Assembly (NCBI GenBank): GCA_963758295.1
Contig: CAVWUU010000004.1
Location: forward strand, 416,001 to 480,000
Length of the DNA: 64,000 nt
Direction of reading: 5' to 3'
Source of the DNA: Candidatus Eremiobacteria bacterium
Lineage (GTDB): Bacteria; Vulcanimicrobiota; Vulcanimicrobiia; Vulcanimicrobiales; Vulcanimicrobiaceae
Below are positions 14,529-25,033 of this stretch, piece by piece. The number at the start of each line of letters is the position of its first letter. Within the stretch, counting starts at the first letter, position 1. The notes beneath the pieces were generated by a model. The model saw only the letters and a program-made list of their open reading frames with translations. It ran no database searches and had not been told where the DNA came from. Position numbers and translations under genes: made by a program.

Positions 14529-15654
14529 CCGGATGCACCGGATGGTCCGGTCCGTGTCCGTGTTGCTCCAAAAGTTGCATCGGCCGCCCGACTTCGCGAG
14601 CTGCATCTAGGGCAAGCCGCTGCAAACGCTCCGCCGGAAGGTGGTGCGAACACGATGCGGTGATCAAAAAGCCGTCCTCTACCAGCAGTTTGAATGCCGC
14701 TTCGTGCAGCCGCCGGTAATGCGATTCGCCGGCGGCTGCGTCTTTTTTGCGCTTCACCAAAGCCGGTGGATCGAGCACGATGGTTTCAAATTTGCGACGC
14801 TCGGCGTGCAGCGAACGCATGACTTCCAACGCGTCGCCGGCAAGCGTTTCGAACGTGCTTCCGGCCGTGCGCGCGTTTTCGCTCGCGTAATCGAGTGCAA
14901 GCGGCGATTGATCGATGCAGGTCACATGCTCTGCACCTGCGTGCAACGCTGATATGCCCCACGCGCCGACGTACGAAAATACGTCCAGCACGCGCGTCCC
15001 TTTGCTAACGTACCGGCGCAGGCGCATACGATTATCGCGCTGGTCGAAGAAATATCCCGTCTTTTGTCCGGCGCGCAGCGGAGCCGCAATTCGCATGTCG
15101 TTTTCGATCACTTCGATGCGTTCGGGGACCTCGCCGATTGGTTCGTCGAGCGGTTCAAGTCCCTCGAGCGCGCGCGTGGAACCCGTGTTCCGGAGCAAGA
15201 TTCCTTGCGGCGCGATGACACCGTTCAATGCTTCCAGGAACGGTTCGCGAAGCGCGGTTGCACCGGCGGTGTTCAATTGCACGACGCAGACGTCACCGTA
15301 ACGGTCCACGACGATGCCCGGTATACCGTCAGATTCGCCGTAGACGAGGCGATAGTAGGGCGCTGGGTATATTCGCTCGCGCAGCGACAACGCGCGCCTT
15401 AGACGGCCCGTAAACCAAGACGCATCGATATTCGCGCGGACGTCCCGCGTGAGAATACGCGCTGCAATGAGCGCGCGAGGATTGAGATACGCGATGCCGA
15501 CCGGATTCCGGCTTGTGTCGACCACACGCACCAGTTCGCCTGGTGCAAATCCCGTTAGCGGCGTCGCATTGGTATCGACTTCGTTCGAAAAGACCCAAGA
15601 ATGACCAAGGCGGACTCTTTTGTCCGCCTTGGCTACTAAACGCAGTTCCTTCAA
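14482..15654 (-). CDS. rlmI: RlmI/RlmK-family class I SAM-dependent rRNA methyltransferase
   Basis: PUA-like GHSWVFSNE, ESDGIPG, GQKTGYFFDQRDNR, LDPPA, HPVHPAMPETQYLK. Confidence 0.85.
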   Translation of the reverse strand: MKELRLVAKADKRVRLGHSWVFSNEVDTNATPLTGFAPGELVRVVDTSRNPVGIAYLNPRALIAARILTRDVRANIDASWFTGRLRRALSLRERIYPAPYYRLVYGESDGIPGIVVDRYGDVCVVQLNTAGATALREPFLEALNGVIAPQGILLRNTGSTRALEGLEPLDEPIGEVPERIEVIENDMRIAAPLRAGQKTGYFFDQRDNRMRLRRYVSKGTRVLDVFSYVGAWGISALHAGAEHVTCIDQSPLALDYASENARTAGSTFETLAGDALEVMRSLHAERRKFETIVLDPPALVKRKKDAAAGESHYRRLHEAAFKLLVEDGFLITASCSHHLPAERLQRLALDAAREVGRPMQLLEQHGHGPDHPVHPAMPETQYLKALYLRA

Positions 15655-15663
15655 CGCACCTTC

Positions 15664-17232
15664 TTAGCCGACTTTTCGGCTGATCGACTTGGCCTGCATG
15701 AAGAGCAGGAGGTAATCGCGACCGCCGGCTTTACTGTCGGTTCCCGACATGTTGAATCCGCCGAACGGGTGCGCGCCGACCATTGCGCCGGTGCTCTTGC
15801 GATTGAAGTACAGATTGCCGACGAAGAAATCTTCGCGTGCGCGCTGCATCTTCTGCTCGTCGCTCGTGTAGAGCGATCCCGTCAAGCCGAACTCGGTGTT
15901 GTTGGCGATTTGCATCGCGTCATCGAAGTTCTTGGCCTTGATGACCGCAAGAACGGGTCCGAAGATCTCTTCTTGCGAGATGCGTGCTTCCGGAGCTACG
16001 TCGGCGATGACGGTCGGTTCCAAATAGAAACCTTTGTCTCCGACGCGATTACCACCGGCGACGACCCGGCCTTCGCCCTTGCCCACTTCGATGTACTTCG
16101 AAATCGAGTTCAGCGCTTTTTCGTTTACGACCGGACCCATGTAGTTCTTGTTGTCCGACGGATCTCCGACCGTAATCTTGGCGACGCGTGCTTTTAGCTT
16201 GTCGAGGAACTCGTCATAGATCGATTCTTCGACGATTGCACGGGAACAGGCCGAACATTTTTGACCTTGGAAGCCGAATGCCGAAACGGCAACGCCTTCG
16301 ACCGCTGCCTCGACATCGGCATCGGCCGCGACGACGATCGAGTCCTTACCGCCCATCTCTGCGACGACGCGCTTGATCCACTTCTGGCCCTTCTGCGGCT
16401 TCGCAGCGAGCTCGTTGATGTGCAAGCCGACTTCTTTTGAACCGGTGAACGAGATAAAACGAATTTGCGGGTGGCCGACGATCAAATCGCCGATTTCGCT
16501 TCCCGCGCCCGGGATAAAATTGACCACGCCCTTGGGCACGCCGACTTCGTGAAGCAAATCGACGAACCACGCCGCGACAACGGCGGAATCGCTCGAAGGC
16601 TTCAGCACGACCGTGTTGCCCGTGACAATGGCGGCCGTCGTCATGCCGGCCATGATTGCGCACGCGAAGTTCCAAGGCGGAATAACCGCGCCGACGCCGA
16701 GCGGAATGTAAACCATTTCGTTCTGCTCGCCGGCAATAGGCGTAACCGGATGCGGTTCCGCATAGCGGAGCATCTCGCGGCCGTAGAACTCAAGGAAATC
16801 GATCGCTTCGGCGATATCCGCATCGGCTTCGACCCAGCTCTTGCCCACTTCAAAGACAAGCAGGGCATCGTAGTGGAAGCGTCGCTGCCGCATCAGTTCC
16901 GCGGCCTTGAAAAGATAGCTTGCGCGCTCTTGCGCCGGCGTCTTCTTCCAGGATTCGAACGTGCGGGCGGCTACGCCGATGGCCTTGTTAGCAAGCTCTT
17001 TGGTGGCCGCGGAAACGTGGCCCAGGACTTCATCCGGGTTGCCGGGATTGATCGACGGAATCGATTTGTCCGTCGTGACCTTCTCACCGTCGATAACCAG
17101 CGGATACGTCTTTCCGAACTCCCTGCGGACCGAAGCCAACGCCGCCTGCATGGCGGCCTGGTCGGCGGGGTCCTGGAAATTTTTGATTACTTCGTTCTCA
17201 AAAGGCTTGATCTGTTCGATTGTCGTCGTCAC
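15664..17232 (-). CDS. pruA: L-glutamate gamma-semialdehyde (P5C) dehydrogenase
   Basis: PFENE, EAIDFLEFY, PPWNF, FTGS, EMGGK, GQKCSACSR, EEIFGP, GTDSKAGG; GTG start with GAGG. Confidence 0.93.
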   Translation of the reverse strand: MTTTIEQIKPFENEVIKNFQDPADQAAMQAALASVRREFGKTYPLVIDGEKVTTDKSIPSINPGNPDEVLGHVSAATKELANKAIGVAARTFESWKKTPAQERASYLFKAAELMRQRRFHYDALLVFEVGKSWVEADADIAEAIDFLEFYGREMLRYAEPHPVTPIAGEQNEMVYIPLGVGAVIPPWNFACAIMAGMTTAAIVTGNTVVLKPSSDSAVVAAWFVDLLHEVGVPKGVVNFIPGAGSEIGDLIVGHPQIRFISFTGSKEVGLHINELAAKPQKGQKWIKRVVAEMGGKDSIVVAADADVEAAVEGVAVSAFGFQGQKCSACSRAIVEESIYDEFLDKLKARVAKITVGDPSDNKNYMGPVVNEKALNSISKYIEVGKGEGRVVAGGNRVGDKGFYLEPTVIADVAPEARISQEEIFGPVLAVIKAKNFDDAMQIANNTEFGLTGSLYTSDEQKMQRAREDFFVGNLYFNRKSTGAMVGAHPFGGFNMSGTDSKAGGRDYLLLFMQAKSISRKVG

Positions 17233-17458
17233 GTAGTAATAGAACCTCAAAAGTGGGCTGACGGATTCGAGTACGGGAGGCTTGGGAGGCAAACCTGCGT
17301 AGCACCGCGCGACGCTGGCCGTGCCCCGAGCAAGCCGCCGCCGGATGCGAGAAATGTCGACGGATGGTTGCACTCGCTGAGATCGAACGGCAGATCGCTC
17401 GCCTGAAGCGGCAGAACGGAGAAGCGTGGGACGTAATCCTCATGCGCAAGACGTTGCG

Positions 17459-17788
17459 TTGAGAACGCGGTTCGAAATTGGAGCCGCCGCGTTTTGCATT
17501 GGCGTCGGCCTTTCCGGCTGGCCGCTTGAACCTTGGCGCCTTCTAGCGACGCTGGTCGTGAGCGCGGTGCTATCGGCGTTTGCAAACCGCTTCATCGCCG
17601 CGATTGCGCTCGCCGTTACGCTTGGCGCGGGCTACCTGCAGCACCGCGAATTACGTGTGACGTTCTTTGTCGCGGCGGCGCTCGTTGGAGCGTGTGCGCG
17701 TTATGCACAAAAGCGGCCGCGCATTGCGACCGCTTTCGCCATCGTTGGTTTCGCGTTGGGAGTTGCGGCGCTCGCTTTTCTGCGCTAG
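17459..17788 (+). CDS. Small hypothetical membrane protein
   Basis: About four hydrophobic segments; TTG start at 17459 proposed. Confidence 0.55.
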   Translation: MRTRFEIGAAAFCIGVGLSGWPLEPWRLLATLVVSAVLSAFANRFIAAIALAVTLGAGYLQHRELRVTFFVAAALVGACARYAQKRPRIATAFAIVGFALGVAALAFLR

Positions 17789-18419
17789 TGCGGCGCTCGG
17801 GAGGCTGCCGGCGAGGTCGAAGATGGAGGCGAATCAGCTAAGAACTTTTCAATGCGATAGTGCAGTTCTTGCCGGCTCAATCCATGCGAGAAAACGCAGT
17901 ATAAAAATCCATTCGGCGCGATCATGATCGTCGTGGGAAAAGCTCGGCTGCCCTATGCGTTCCATTCTCTAGTGTTATGGTGAAGTCGCCAGAGCGATCC
18001 ATGGCAATCGGATACGAAACCGCATACCGTTTACGATAGAGACGAACCGTATTGTCGGGCTCACGGCTGTTGATGCCGATGACGGCGAGAGCACGGTCGG
18101 CGTAGAGATTCGCGGCCTCCGTTAGAAACGTTTGTTCCTCGCAACACGGCTGACACCACGTCGCAAAAATATTGAGCAGCACGGCTTTGCCGCGATAATC
18201 CATGAGACGGAAATCCGGTGCATCCAGACATTGCATCTGAATGTCCAACGGCCGATCGTAAGGCAAGCCCAAACTCTGATCGCAAAGATTTCAGTCTTTG
18301 GGAACGAGTTCGGTGAGCTTAGGCCGTTGCGTCCCGGCGGCCGCAGCGTTCGCGACGTTGCCCAGCGACGCGACAATCGCCGCGACGGTCGTTTTCAACA
18401 GTTGCTCTCTGGATATCAC
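17785..18419 (-). pseudogene. TlpA/ResA-like thiol-disulfide oxidoreductase, interrupted
   Basis: GKAVLLNIFATWCQPC; in-frame TGA at 18291-18293 and a frameshift at ~17935-17950 (FPTTIMIAPNG continues in another frame); GTG overlaps trpA stop. Confidence 0.7.
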
Positions 18420-19210
18420 GCGTAAGCTCCGGCATTTACGAGGGTCGAACAGAAATCTTTGGCGCGATGTGCGGCTTCAATGCCACTCGTTCCTTGATAG
18501 GCGTCGATGAGCGCGCTTCCGACGATAATTCCATCGACGAGCGGCGCGACGGCTTGGACGTGTTCCGGCGCGCTGATTCCGAACCCGACCGCGAGCGGCT
18601 CGTCCGTCACCGTGCGCAACATCGCGATTTGCTCGCGCAACTTGGTCGTGTCGGGCGCGGTCCCTGCGCCGGTAACTCCCAAACGGGAAACGACGTAGAT
18701 GAATCCGCTCGCCTGCCGTGCGATCCGTTGCGCTCGTTCGCGACGCGTCGACGGCGCAACGAGGAGCGGCATGTCTAAGCCGTTCTCTGCGAGCGTGGCC
18801 GCCAGCTCTTCGCCTTCTTCGAGCGCGATATCGGGGACGATAACGGCCGAGACACCCGCCTCTGCAGCGTCCTGCGCGAATGGCCGGATGCCGTATTGGT
18901 ACACGGGGTTGAAATACGTGAACAACACGATCGGCACGCCGCCCTTATCTCGGAAGCGACGAACGAGTGCAAAAACTTCTGCAATGCCGATGCCTTGATT
19001 CAGCGCTCGCTGCGCGGCCGCCGCGATGGTTGGACCGTCGGCTAGCGGATCTCCGTAAGGAATGCCGAGTTCGAGCGCATCGGCGCCGCCTTCCGCGAGC
19101 GCGTGCAAGACCGCTTCAGTGGTTTCGAGGTCGGGATCGCCGGCCATCACGTAGGGAATGAATGCGGCGCGGCGAGCGTTGCGCGCGCGTTCGAAGATCG
19201 CTTCAAGCAC
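18416..19210 (-). CDS. trpA: Tryptophan synthase alpha chain
   Basis: [47 protein letters not shown]. Confidence 0.97.
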   Translation of the reverse strand: MLEAIFERARNARRAAFIPYVMAGDPDLETTEAVLHALAEGGADALELGIPYGDPLADGPTIAAAAQRALNQGIGIAEVFALVRRFRDKGGVPIVLFTYFNPVYQYGIRPFAQDAAEAGVSAVIVPDIALEEGEELAATLAENGLDMPLLVAPSTRRERAQRIARQASGFIYVVSRLGVTGAGTAPDTTKLREQIAMLRTVTDEPLAVGFGISAPEHVQAVAPLVDGIIVGSALIDAYQGTSGIEAAHRAKDFCSTLVNAGAYA

Positions 19211-20375
19211 GATCGCGAACCTGCGCAATGTCCTTATCTCCCCGCCCGGAAAGATTGACGAGTAGGAGATCGTCCGGCCCGCGTTCGGCCGAAAGCTTCT
19301 TCGCGAAGGCGATCGCGTGCGCGCTTTCGAGTGCCGGGATGATTCCCTCGTTCCGCGAGAATTCGAAGAAGGCTTCGAGCGCCTCGGAATCCGTGATCGG
19401 AACGTACGCGGCCCGGCCGCTCTCTTTCAAAAACGCGTGTTCGGGTCCGACGCCGGGGTAATCGAGGCCCGCGCTGATCGAGTGCGTGTCCTGAACCTGT
19501 CCGTGCGCGGTTTGCAAGAGATACGAGCGCGACCCGTGCAAAATACCAACGGTGCCGGCGCCCAAAGCCGCCGCCGTCTTTCCGCTATCGAGGCCCTCGC
19601 CCGCTGCTTCAACGCCCCACAGCCGCACGCTCTCATCATTCACGAAACCCGAGAAGATTCCCATCGCATTGCTTCCGCCGCCGACGCACGCAATGACGTC
19701 CGTCGGCAAACGTCCGTAGCGATTCATGCATTGCTCGCGCGCTTCGACGCCGATGACCTTTTGGAATTCGCGCACCATGTATGGATACGGGTGCGCGCCG
19801 ACGACGCTGCCGATCACATAGAACGTTTCTTCCACCTGCGAAGCCCAGACCCGAAACGCTTCGTTCGTTGCATCCTTCAGCGTTTGCGTCCCGCCCGTTA
19901 CCTGATGAACGTTGGCGCCAAGAAGCTTCATGATATAGACATTGAGCGCCTGACGCTCGACGTCGACGGCGCCCATGTAGACGTCGACCGGAAAACCGAA
20001 CTTTGCGCCCACCGTCGCTGTTGCGACGCCGTGCTGGCCGGCACCGGTCTCGGCGATCAGCCGGCGCTTCCCCATGCGACGCGCGAGCAATGCTTGGCCG
20101 ACCGTGTTATTGATTTTGTGTGCGCCCGTGTGATTCGTGTCTTCGCGCTTCAAGAGGATCGGCACGTCGGTTGCCCGGGCATAGCGTTCCGCGCGATATA
20201 AGGGCGAAGGGCGTCCGACAAAGTCCCGCAACGCCATTTCGTATTCGCGCCAAAACTCGGGATCGGCGAACGCCGCTTCCATAGCGGTCTGCAGCTCGTC
20301 CAGCGCATTGACGAGCACCTCGGGAACGAAACGTCCGCCGAAGCTGCCGAAATATCCCCGGGAATCAGGCTGCAT
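19203..20375 (-). CDS. trpB: Tryptophan synthase beta chain
   Basis: [44 protein letters not shown]. Confidence 0.99.
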   Translation of the reverse strand: MQPDSRGYFGSFGGRFVPEVLVNALDELQTAMEAAFADPEFWREYEMALRDFVGRPSPLYRAERYARATDVPILLKREDTNHTGAHKINNTVGQALLARRMGKRRLIAETGAGQHGVATATVGAKFGFPVDVYMGAVDVERQALNVYIMKLLGANVHQVTGGTQTLKDATNEAFRVWASQVEETFYVIGSVVGAHPYPYMVREFQKVIGVEAREQCMNRYGRLPTDVIACVGGGSNAMGIFSGFVNDESVRLWGVEAAGEGLDSGKTAAALGAGTVGILHGSRSYLLQTAHGQVQDTHSISAGLDYPGVGPEHAFLKESGRAAYVPITDSEALEAFFEFSRNEGIIPALESAHAIAFAKKLSAERGPDDLLLVNLSGRGDKDIAQVRDRA

Positions 20376-20991
20376 CGTTCTCCCGCACGGCTTTTACGAA
20401 CTTTCGCATTTTGCCGGCATCTTTTGCGCCGCCGGTTTCGATGCCACTCCGCACGTCAACCGCAAACGGGCGCACCGAATGCACCAACTGTCCGACGTTT
20501 TCTGGATTCAAACCGCCGGCGACCATGACGGGATGCCAAAGAGCCATGCGGGCAATGTGCGACCAATCGAAGGTTAATCCCGTCCCACCATACCGGCCGG
20601 CAACCTTCGTATCAAATAGAACCAGCGCCGGCGCATACCGGCGGCAGATCCGTTCCATTTGAGCTTCGCTTTCGTCGCCGACGTGAATCGCTTTGATCAC
20701 GGTCCCGCGAACGGAATGCGCGAAGCCCGGAGGCTCGTTTCCCGAGAGCTGAACCAGCATGTTCGGAAAGAGCTCCCGCGCGCGTGCGATGTCGTCGCGG
20801 CTTGGATCGACGAAAACGCCCACAGGCGTAATGACGTTCGTGAGCCGTTCTGCGATGCGTTCAGCTTCTTTCCATTCGATCCGGCGCGGCGACTGGGCAA
20901 AGATCATGCCGAACGCATCGGCACCCGCCGTGATGCTAAGGTCGACGTCTTGCCAAGAAGTTGCGCCGCAAAACTTAATGCGCGTAGACAC
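20365..20991 (-). CDS. trpF: Phosphoribosylanthranilate isomerase
   Basis: [33 protein letters not shown]. Confidence 0.95.
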   Translation of the reverse strand: MSTRIKFCGATSWQDVDLSITAGADAFGMIFAQSPRRIEWKEAERIAERLTNVITPVGVFVDPSRDDIARARELFPNMLVQLSGNEPPGFAHSVRGTVIKAIHVGDESEAQMERICRRYAPALVLFDTKVAGRYGGTGLTFDWSHIARMALWHPVMVAGGLNPENVGQLVHSVRPFAVDVRSGIETGGAKDAGKMRKFVKAVRENDAA

Positions 20992-21772
20992 GTTTCAAGG
21001 AACGAATCAATTCGGCTGGATCCGCGGCTCGCATAATCGCTTCACCGATAAGAAAGCCGCGCGCGCCTGCTCTACGGAGCCGCTCGATGTCTTCGAAGCT
21101 CCGCATTCCACTTTCACTTATGGAGAACACGCGCTGCGGAACGCGAGGAAGGACGTATTCGCTCACCGCGAGATCGGTCGTCATGGTGCGCAGGTTGCGA
21201 TTGTTCACGCCGACGAAGTCGACGCCGAAGTCCAAAGCGCGCTGAAGCTCGAGTTCGTCGTGAACTTCTACAAGCACGTCCAGCTCGTAGGCTCGCGCTT
21301 CATCGAGGCAGTCTCGGATTTGTTCGTCCGACAAGCCGCTCACGATCAACAAAATGCAGTCGGCGCCGTAAGCGGCCGATTGCGCGACTTCGTAAGGCGT
21401 CGAAAGAAAGTCCTTACGCAAAAGCGGCTTATCCACGGCCGCCCGCACGAGCGGCAAAAAGTTTAGATCGCCGAGGAAATGATCGGCTTCCGTAATGACC
21501 GAGATCGCATCGGCTCCGGCGCCTTGGTAGATGTTCGCGATCGCGACGGGATCGAAATCGCGTGCAATAAGACCCGCGGATGGTGATGCGCGCTTTATTT
21601 CGGCGATGATAGCGCCACCGCTTTGCGCGCGCAGTGCCTCGAGAAAACGCCGCCGCGCAGGCACGCTTGCCAGTGCACGCTCGCGAACGACCTCGTAAGG
21701 CTCGCGTTGCATATCTCGTTCCAAATGTTTCGCCTTCGCGGCGTAGATCTTGTTCAGAATGTCCTCAGTCAT
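20975..21772 (-). CDS. trpC: Indole-3-glycerol phosphate synthase
   Basis: IAEIKRASPSAG, LRKDF, LVEVH, GVNNRNL, SESG. Confidence 0.97.
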   Translation of the reverse strand: MTEDILNKIYAAKAKHLERDMQREPYEVVRERALASVPARRRFLEALRAQSGGAIIAEIKRASPSAGLIARDFDPVAIANIYQGAGADAISVITEADHFLGDLNFLPLVRAAVDKPLLRKDFLSTPYEVAQSAAYGADCILLIVSGLSDEQIRDCLDEARAYELDVLVEVHDELELQRALDFGVDFVGVNNRNLRTMTTDLAVSEYVLPRVPQRVFSISESGMRSFEDIERLRRAGARGFLIGEAIMRAADPAELIRSLKRVYAH

Positions 21773-22779
21773 TGGTGAGCGTACTCCTTAGCTCGTTCGT
21801 ACGTCTTCAGGGCTTCACCGGAGGTAAGAACCTGGCGCGCACGATCGAGCGCCGAGTGCATCGTCGGCTCGTCGCCGGCAGTATGCAAAACGAGCGCCGC
21901 ATTTAATGCGACGACGTCCGCACGGGGCGACCGTTCGCCGCCCAAAATCGATAAGAACGCGTCCCGGCATGCATCGACGGAACCGCCGACGATTGCCGCG
22001 AGCGGCGTATTGATGCCAAACTCCTGTGGATCGATCGTCCACCGGCGCGTTCCATCTGTATCGAATGAATACACGGCCGTCGGCACATCGCCTGCTACCT
22101 CGTCGATGCCGCTCTGCGCGTGCACGATCGCTCCACGTTCGACACCAAGGCCGCGTAAGACGTCGCCCAGCTGTTGCACCAGCGATTCACGGGAGACTCC
22201 CACGATCTGCACTTGCGCGCGCGCCGGGTTCGTTAGCGGACCAAGCACGTTGAAAATCGTTTTCACGCCCAGCTCACGACGAATCGGCGCAACGTTCTTC
22301 ATTGCCGGATGGTAGCGCGGAGCAAACATGAACGTGAAGTTGCTGTCTCTCAACATCGCCGCCGCGCGCTCCGGCGCAAGATCCAGCGGCAAGCCCGTCG
22401 CCTCAAGGACATCGGCGCTCCCACACGCACTGGATGCAGCGCGGTTTCCGTGCTTTGCAACCGGAATGCCGGTAGCCGCAACCACGAGCGCGGCCATAGT
22501 AGAAATGTTGATCGTATTGGCGTTGTCGCCGCCCGTTCCCACGACGTCTACCACGCGAGGCAAACCGTGTTCCACTCGGAGGCTTCGGTCGCGCATCGCC
22601 CGAGCCGCACCGACGATCTCGTCGACATGTTCACCTTTGCCGGCGAGCGCGACGAGCAATCCCGCGCCTTGGACGAGCGAAAACTCGCCGTCCATAATCG
22701 CGCCGATCAACTCGGCGCTCTCGCTTTGGCTAAGATCGTCGCCGGCTATTAACCGGCGCAACAGCGGCGCGTAGTCCAT
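21769..22779 (-). CDS. trpD: Anthranilate phosphoribosyltransferase
   Basis: DVVGTGGD, NIST, KHGNRAASS, GSADVLE, GPLTNP. Confidence 0.97.
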   Translation of the reverse strand: MDYAPLLRRLIAGDDLSQSESAELIGAIMDGEFSLVQGAGLLVALAGKGEHVDEIVGAARAMRDRSLRVEHGLPRVVDVVGTGGDNANTINISTMAALVVAATGIPVAKHGNRAASSACGSADVLEATGLPLDLAPERAAAMLRDSNFTFMFAPRYHPAMKNVAPIRRELGVKTIFNVLGPLTNPARAQVQIVGVSRESLVQQLGDVLRGLGVERGAIVHAQSGIDEVAGDVPTAVYSFDTDGTRRWTIDPQEFGINTPLAAIVGGSVDACRDAFLSILGGERSPRADVVALNAALVLHTAGDEPTMHSALDRARQVLTSGEALKTYERAKEYAHQ

Positions 22780-22860
22780 TACCGCTTGGAAATGGCACAG
22801 GGCAACCCGACCGCAGCCGGATTGCCCTGCGTAATAGGACCGTCGTTGGTACTACTACTG

Positions 22861-23214
22861 TTACTTAACAAGTTCGATGAGCGAAAGCTCAGCCGCATCA
22901 CCGTTACGCACTCGCGTCTTGGTGATTCGGGTATAGCCGCCGGTGCGGCCTTTGAGCGACGGCGCGATCTGCTCGACGAGCTTCTTCACGACGCCCGGTT
23001 CGGTGAGGAACTCAGCGACTTGACGGCGCGCATGGAGATCGCCCGCCATGGCAGTCGTGATCAAACGTTCCACGATGCGGCTGATTTCTTTCGCCTTCGT
23101 AGAGGTCGTTTCGATCTTCTCGTGCTTGAAGAACGACGTGGCCATGTTGCGCAGCAGCGCCTTGCGGTGGCCGTCGGTGCGTGAAAGACGTTTATACGCG
23201 ATTTGATGCGGCAT
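22861..23214 (-). CDS. rplQ: 50S ribosomal protein L17
   Basis: HRKALLRN, IETT..KAKE, GGYTRI; follows rpoA. Confidence 0.98.
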   Translation of the reverse strand: MPHQIAYKRLSRTDGHRKALLRNMATSFFKHEKIETTSTKAKEISRIVERLITTAMAGDLHARRQVAEFLTEPGVVKKLVEQIAPSLKGRTGGYTRITKTRVRNGDAAELSLIELVK

Positions 23215-23237
23215 TGATTCCCTAACTCACTTACGTC

Positions 23238-24164
23238 TTAGGAAAGACGCAGCGAGAGCCCCCTCTCCTGAAGAACTTGCTTGATTTCGTCGAGCGACTT
23301 CTTGCCGAAGTTGCGCATCTTCATGATCTCGTCTTCCGTCAGATCGAGGAGTTCCGAGACTTTCGAGATGCCGGCGCGCTTCAGGCAGTTGAACGAACGC
23401 ACGGACAGGTTGAGCGATTCCACCGGAATGTCCCATTCGTTCGGCGGCGCTTCGGGCAGCGGTTCTTCGCGGTTCGTAAAACCGACGAAGAGATCGAGCT
23501 GCTCTTGCATGATCGTCGCGGCCGTTGCGAGCGCCTCATCGGGTGTGATCGAACCGTTCGTTTCAATTTCGAGAACGAGACGATCGAAGTCGACGCTCTG
23601 TCCGACGCGCGTGTCGTCCACCGAGAAGTTCACCTTCCGGATCGGCGAGAAGATCGAGTCGAGCGGAATGAGTCCGATCATGTGCTCGATGTTGCGCTGC
23701 TTGTCGGCCATAACGTAGCCGCGGCCTTTTTCGATACCCAGTTCCATCGAGAGCTTCGCGTCCTTCGACGAAAGCGTCGCGAGGTGGTAGTTCGGGTCGA
23801 GAATTTCGACGTCCGCATCCTGGGCGATGTCGCCCGCGGTGACGTCTTTGGGTCCGTTGACCGAAAGGTTCAGCACGCGCGGTTCGTCGCTGTTGAGCTT
23901 GACCGGCAAACCTTTGAGGTTCAGCATCAGCGCGATCGTGTCTTCGACCATTCCGGGAATCGTCGAGAACTCGTGCAGCACGCCGTCGATCTTCATGTAC
24001 GTGACGGCAGCGCCCGGGATCGAGCTAAGCAGAATGCGACGCAGCGCGTTGCCGAGCGTAATACCGAAACCGCGCTCGAGCGGTTCGATCACGAACTTGG
24101 CATAGTTCTCGCGGCGTTCGCGGACTTCAATGGTCGCGCCGGCGGGCGTCTCCAACGTGTTCAT
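23238..24164 (-). CDS. rpoA: RNA polymerase subunit alpha
   Basis: EPLERGFGITLGNALRRILLSS, LSVRSFNCLKRAG, RNFGKKSL. Confidence 0.99.
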   Translation of the reverse strand: MNTLETPAGATIEVRERRENYAKFVIEPLERGFGITLGNALRRILLSSIPGAAVTYMKIDGVLHEFSTIPGMVEDTIALMLNLKGLPVKLNSDEPRVLNLSVNGPKDVTAGDIAQDADVEILDPNYHLATLSSKDAKLSMELGIEKGRGYVMADKQRNIEHMIGLIPLDSIFSPIRKVNFSVDDTRVGQSVDFDRLVLEIETNGSITPDEALATAATIMQEQLDLFVGFTNREEPLPEAPPNEWDIPVESLNLSVRSFNCLKRAGISKVSELLDLTEDEIMKMRNFGKKSLDEIKQVLQERGLSLRLS

Positions 24165-24269
24165 GTCTTTTCGATGTTCCTTTATTGCCGTTTACGTTAT
24201 CCGGCATCGTCCCCGACGACCCCGATCCTACGCCTAACGGCGGCTGGTGGCTTTTATTTGTCTAAGGCA

Positions 24270-24350
24270 GTCATGGTGAGCTTGTCGGACCATAGGCACA
24301 TACAAGCCTTTACTGGTATGCGCGTGTCCTTCGACGAGCTCACGATGACG
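24270..24350. repeat. Inverted pair of REP-like repeats between rpsD and rpoA
   Basis: GTCATGGTGAGCTTGTCGGACCAT (24270-24293) and GTCCTTCGACGAGCTCACGATGACG (24326-24350). Confidence 0.8.
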
Positions 24351-24355
24351 AAGAG

Positions 24356-25012
24356 TTAGCGGCTGTAGTATTCGACGATAAGCTGTTCGTCGACGGGCGT
24401 GTCGATTTGCTCGCGCGACGGAATCTGAGTGACCTTACCGGTGTTCTCGGCATCGTTCCACTCGAGCCACTCCGGAGGACGGCGCGAACGCGCGACTTCG
24501 AGATTGGCCTCGAAAACCGGCGCCTTGAGGCTGCGCTCAGCGATCGTAATCACGTCGCCGGGCTTCACGATGATGGAGGGAACGTTGACGATCTTGCCGT
24601 TGAGGCGGAAGTGACGGTGCGTCACGAGCTGACGCGCTTGGGCGCGGCTCGTCGCAAGGTTCAAACGGTACACGACGTTGTCGAGACGGCGCTCGAGCAG
24701 CTGAAGGAACGTACGTCCCGTCTGACCCGGAACGCGGGCCGCATCGCGGAAGTAGTTCTCGAACTGCGTTTCGTGCACGCCGTAATAGCGGCGCATCTTC
24801 TGCTTCTCGCGCAGCTGACGGCCGTATTCCGAAATCTTGGTGCGCTGCTTGCCGGTGGTCTTTTGACCCGGCGCAGTACCGCGACGCTCGACCGCGCACT
24901 TGCGCGAGAGGCAACGGTCACCTTTAAGGAACAGCTTGATCTTTTCGCCGGTCTTGCTCGACGCCGTTTCGCGGCGGCACAGACGGCAGACAGGTCCGGT
25001 ATAACGCGACAT
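24356..25012 (-). CDS. rpsD: 30S ribosomal protein S4 (Cys-containing type)
   Basis: MSRYTGPVCRLCRR, SEYGRQLREKQK, LERRLDNVVYR, LIVEYYSR. Confidence 0.99.
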   Translation of the reverse strand: MSRYTGPVCRLCRRETASSKTGEKIKLFLKGDRCLSRKCAVERRGTAPGQKTTGKQRTKISEYGRQLREKQKMRRYYGVHETQFENYFRDAARVPGQTGRTFLQLLERRLDNVVYRLNLATSRAQARQLVTHRHFRLNGKIVNVPSIIVKPGDVITIAERSLKAPVFEANLEVARSRRPPEWLEWNDAENTGKVTQIPSREQIDTPVDEQLIVEYYSR

Positions 25013-25033
25013 TTATTCTCTCTTCAAACCTTA

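Noticed and set aside
17253..17300. tmRNA-like 5' start (GGGCTGACGGATTCGA)
   Set aside because: No matching T-arm/acceptor 3' end or tag ORF downstream; the region runs into coding sequence.
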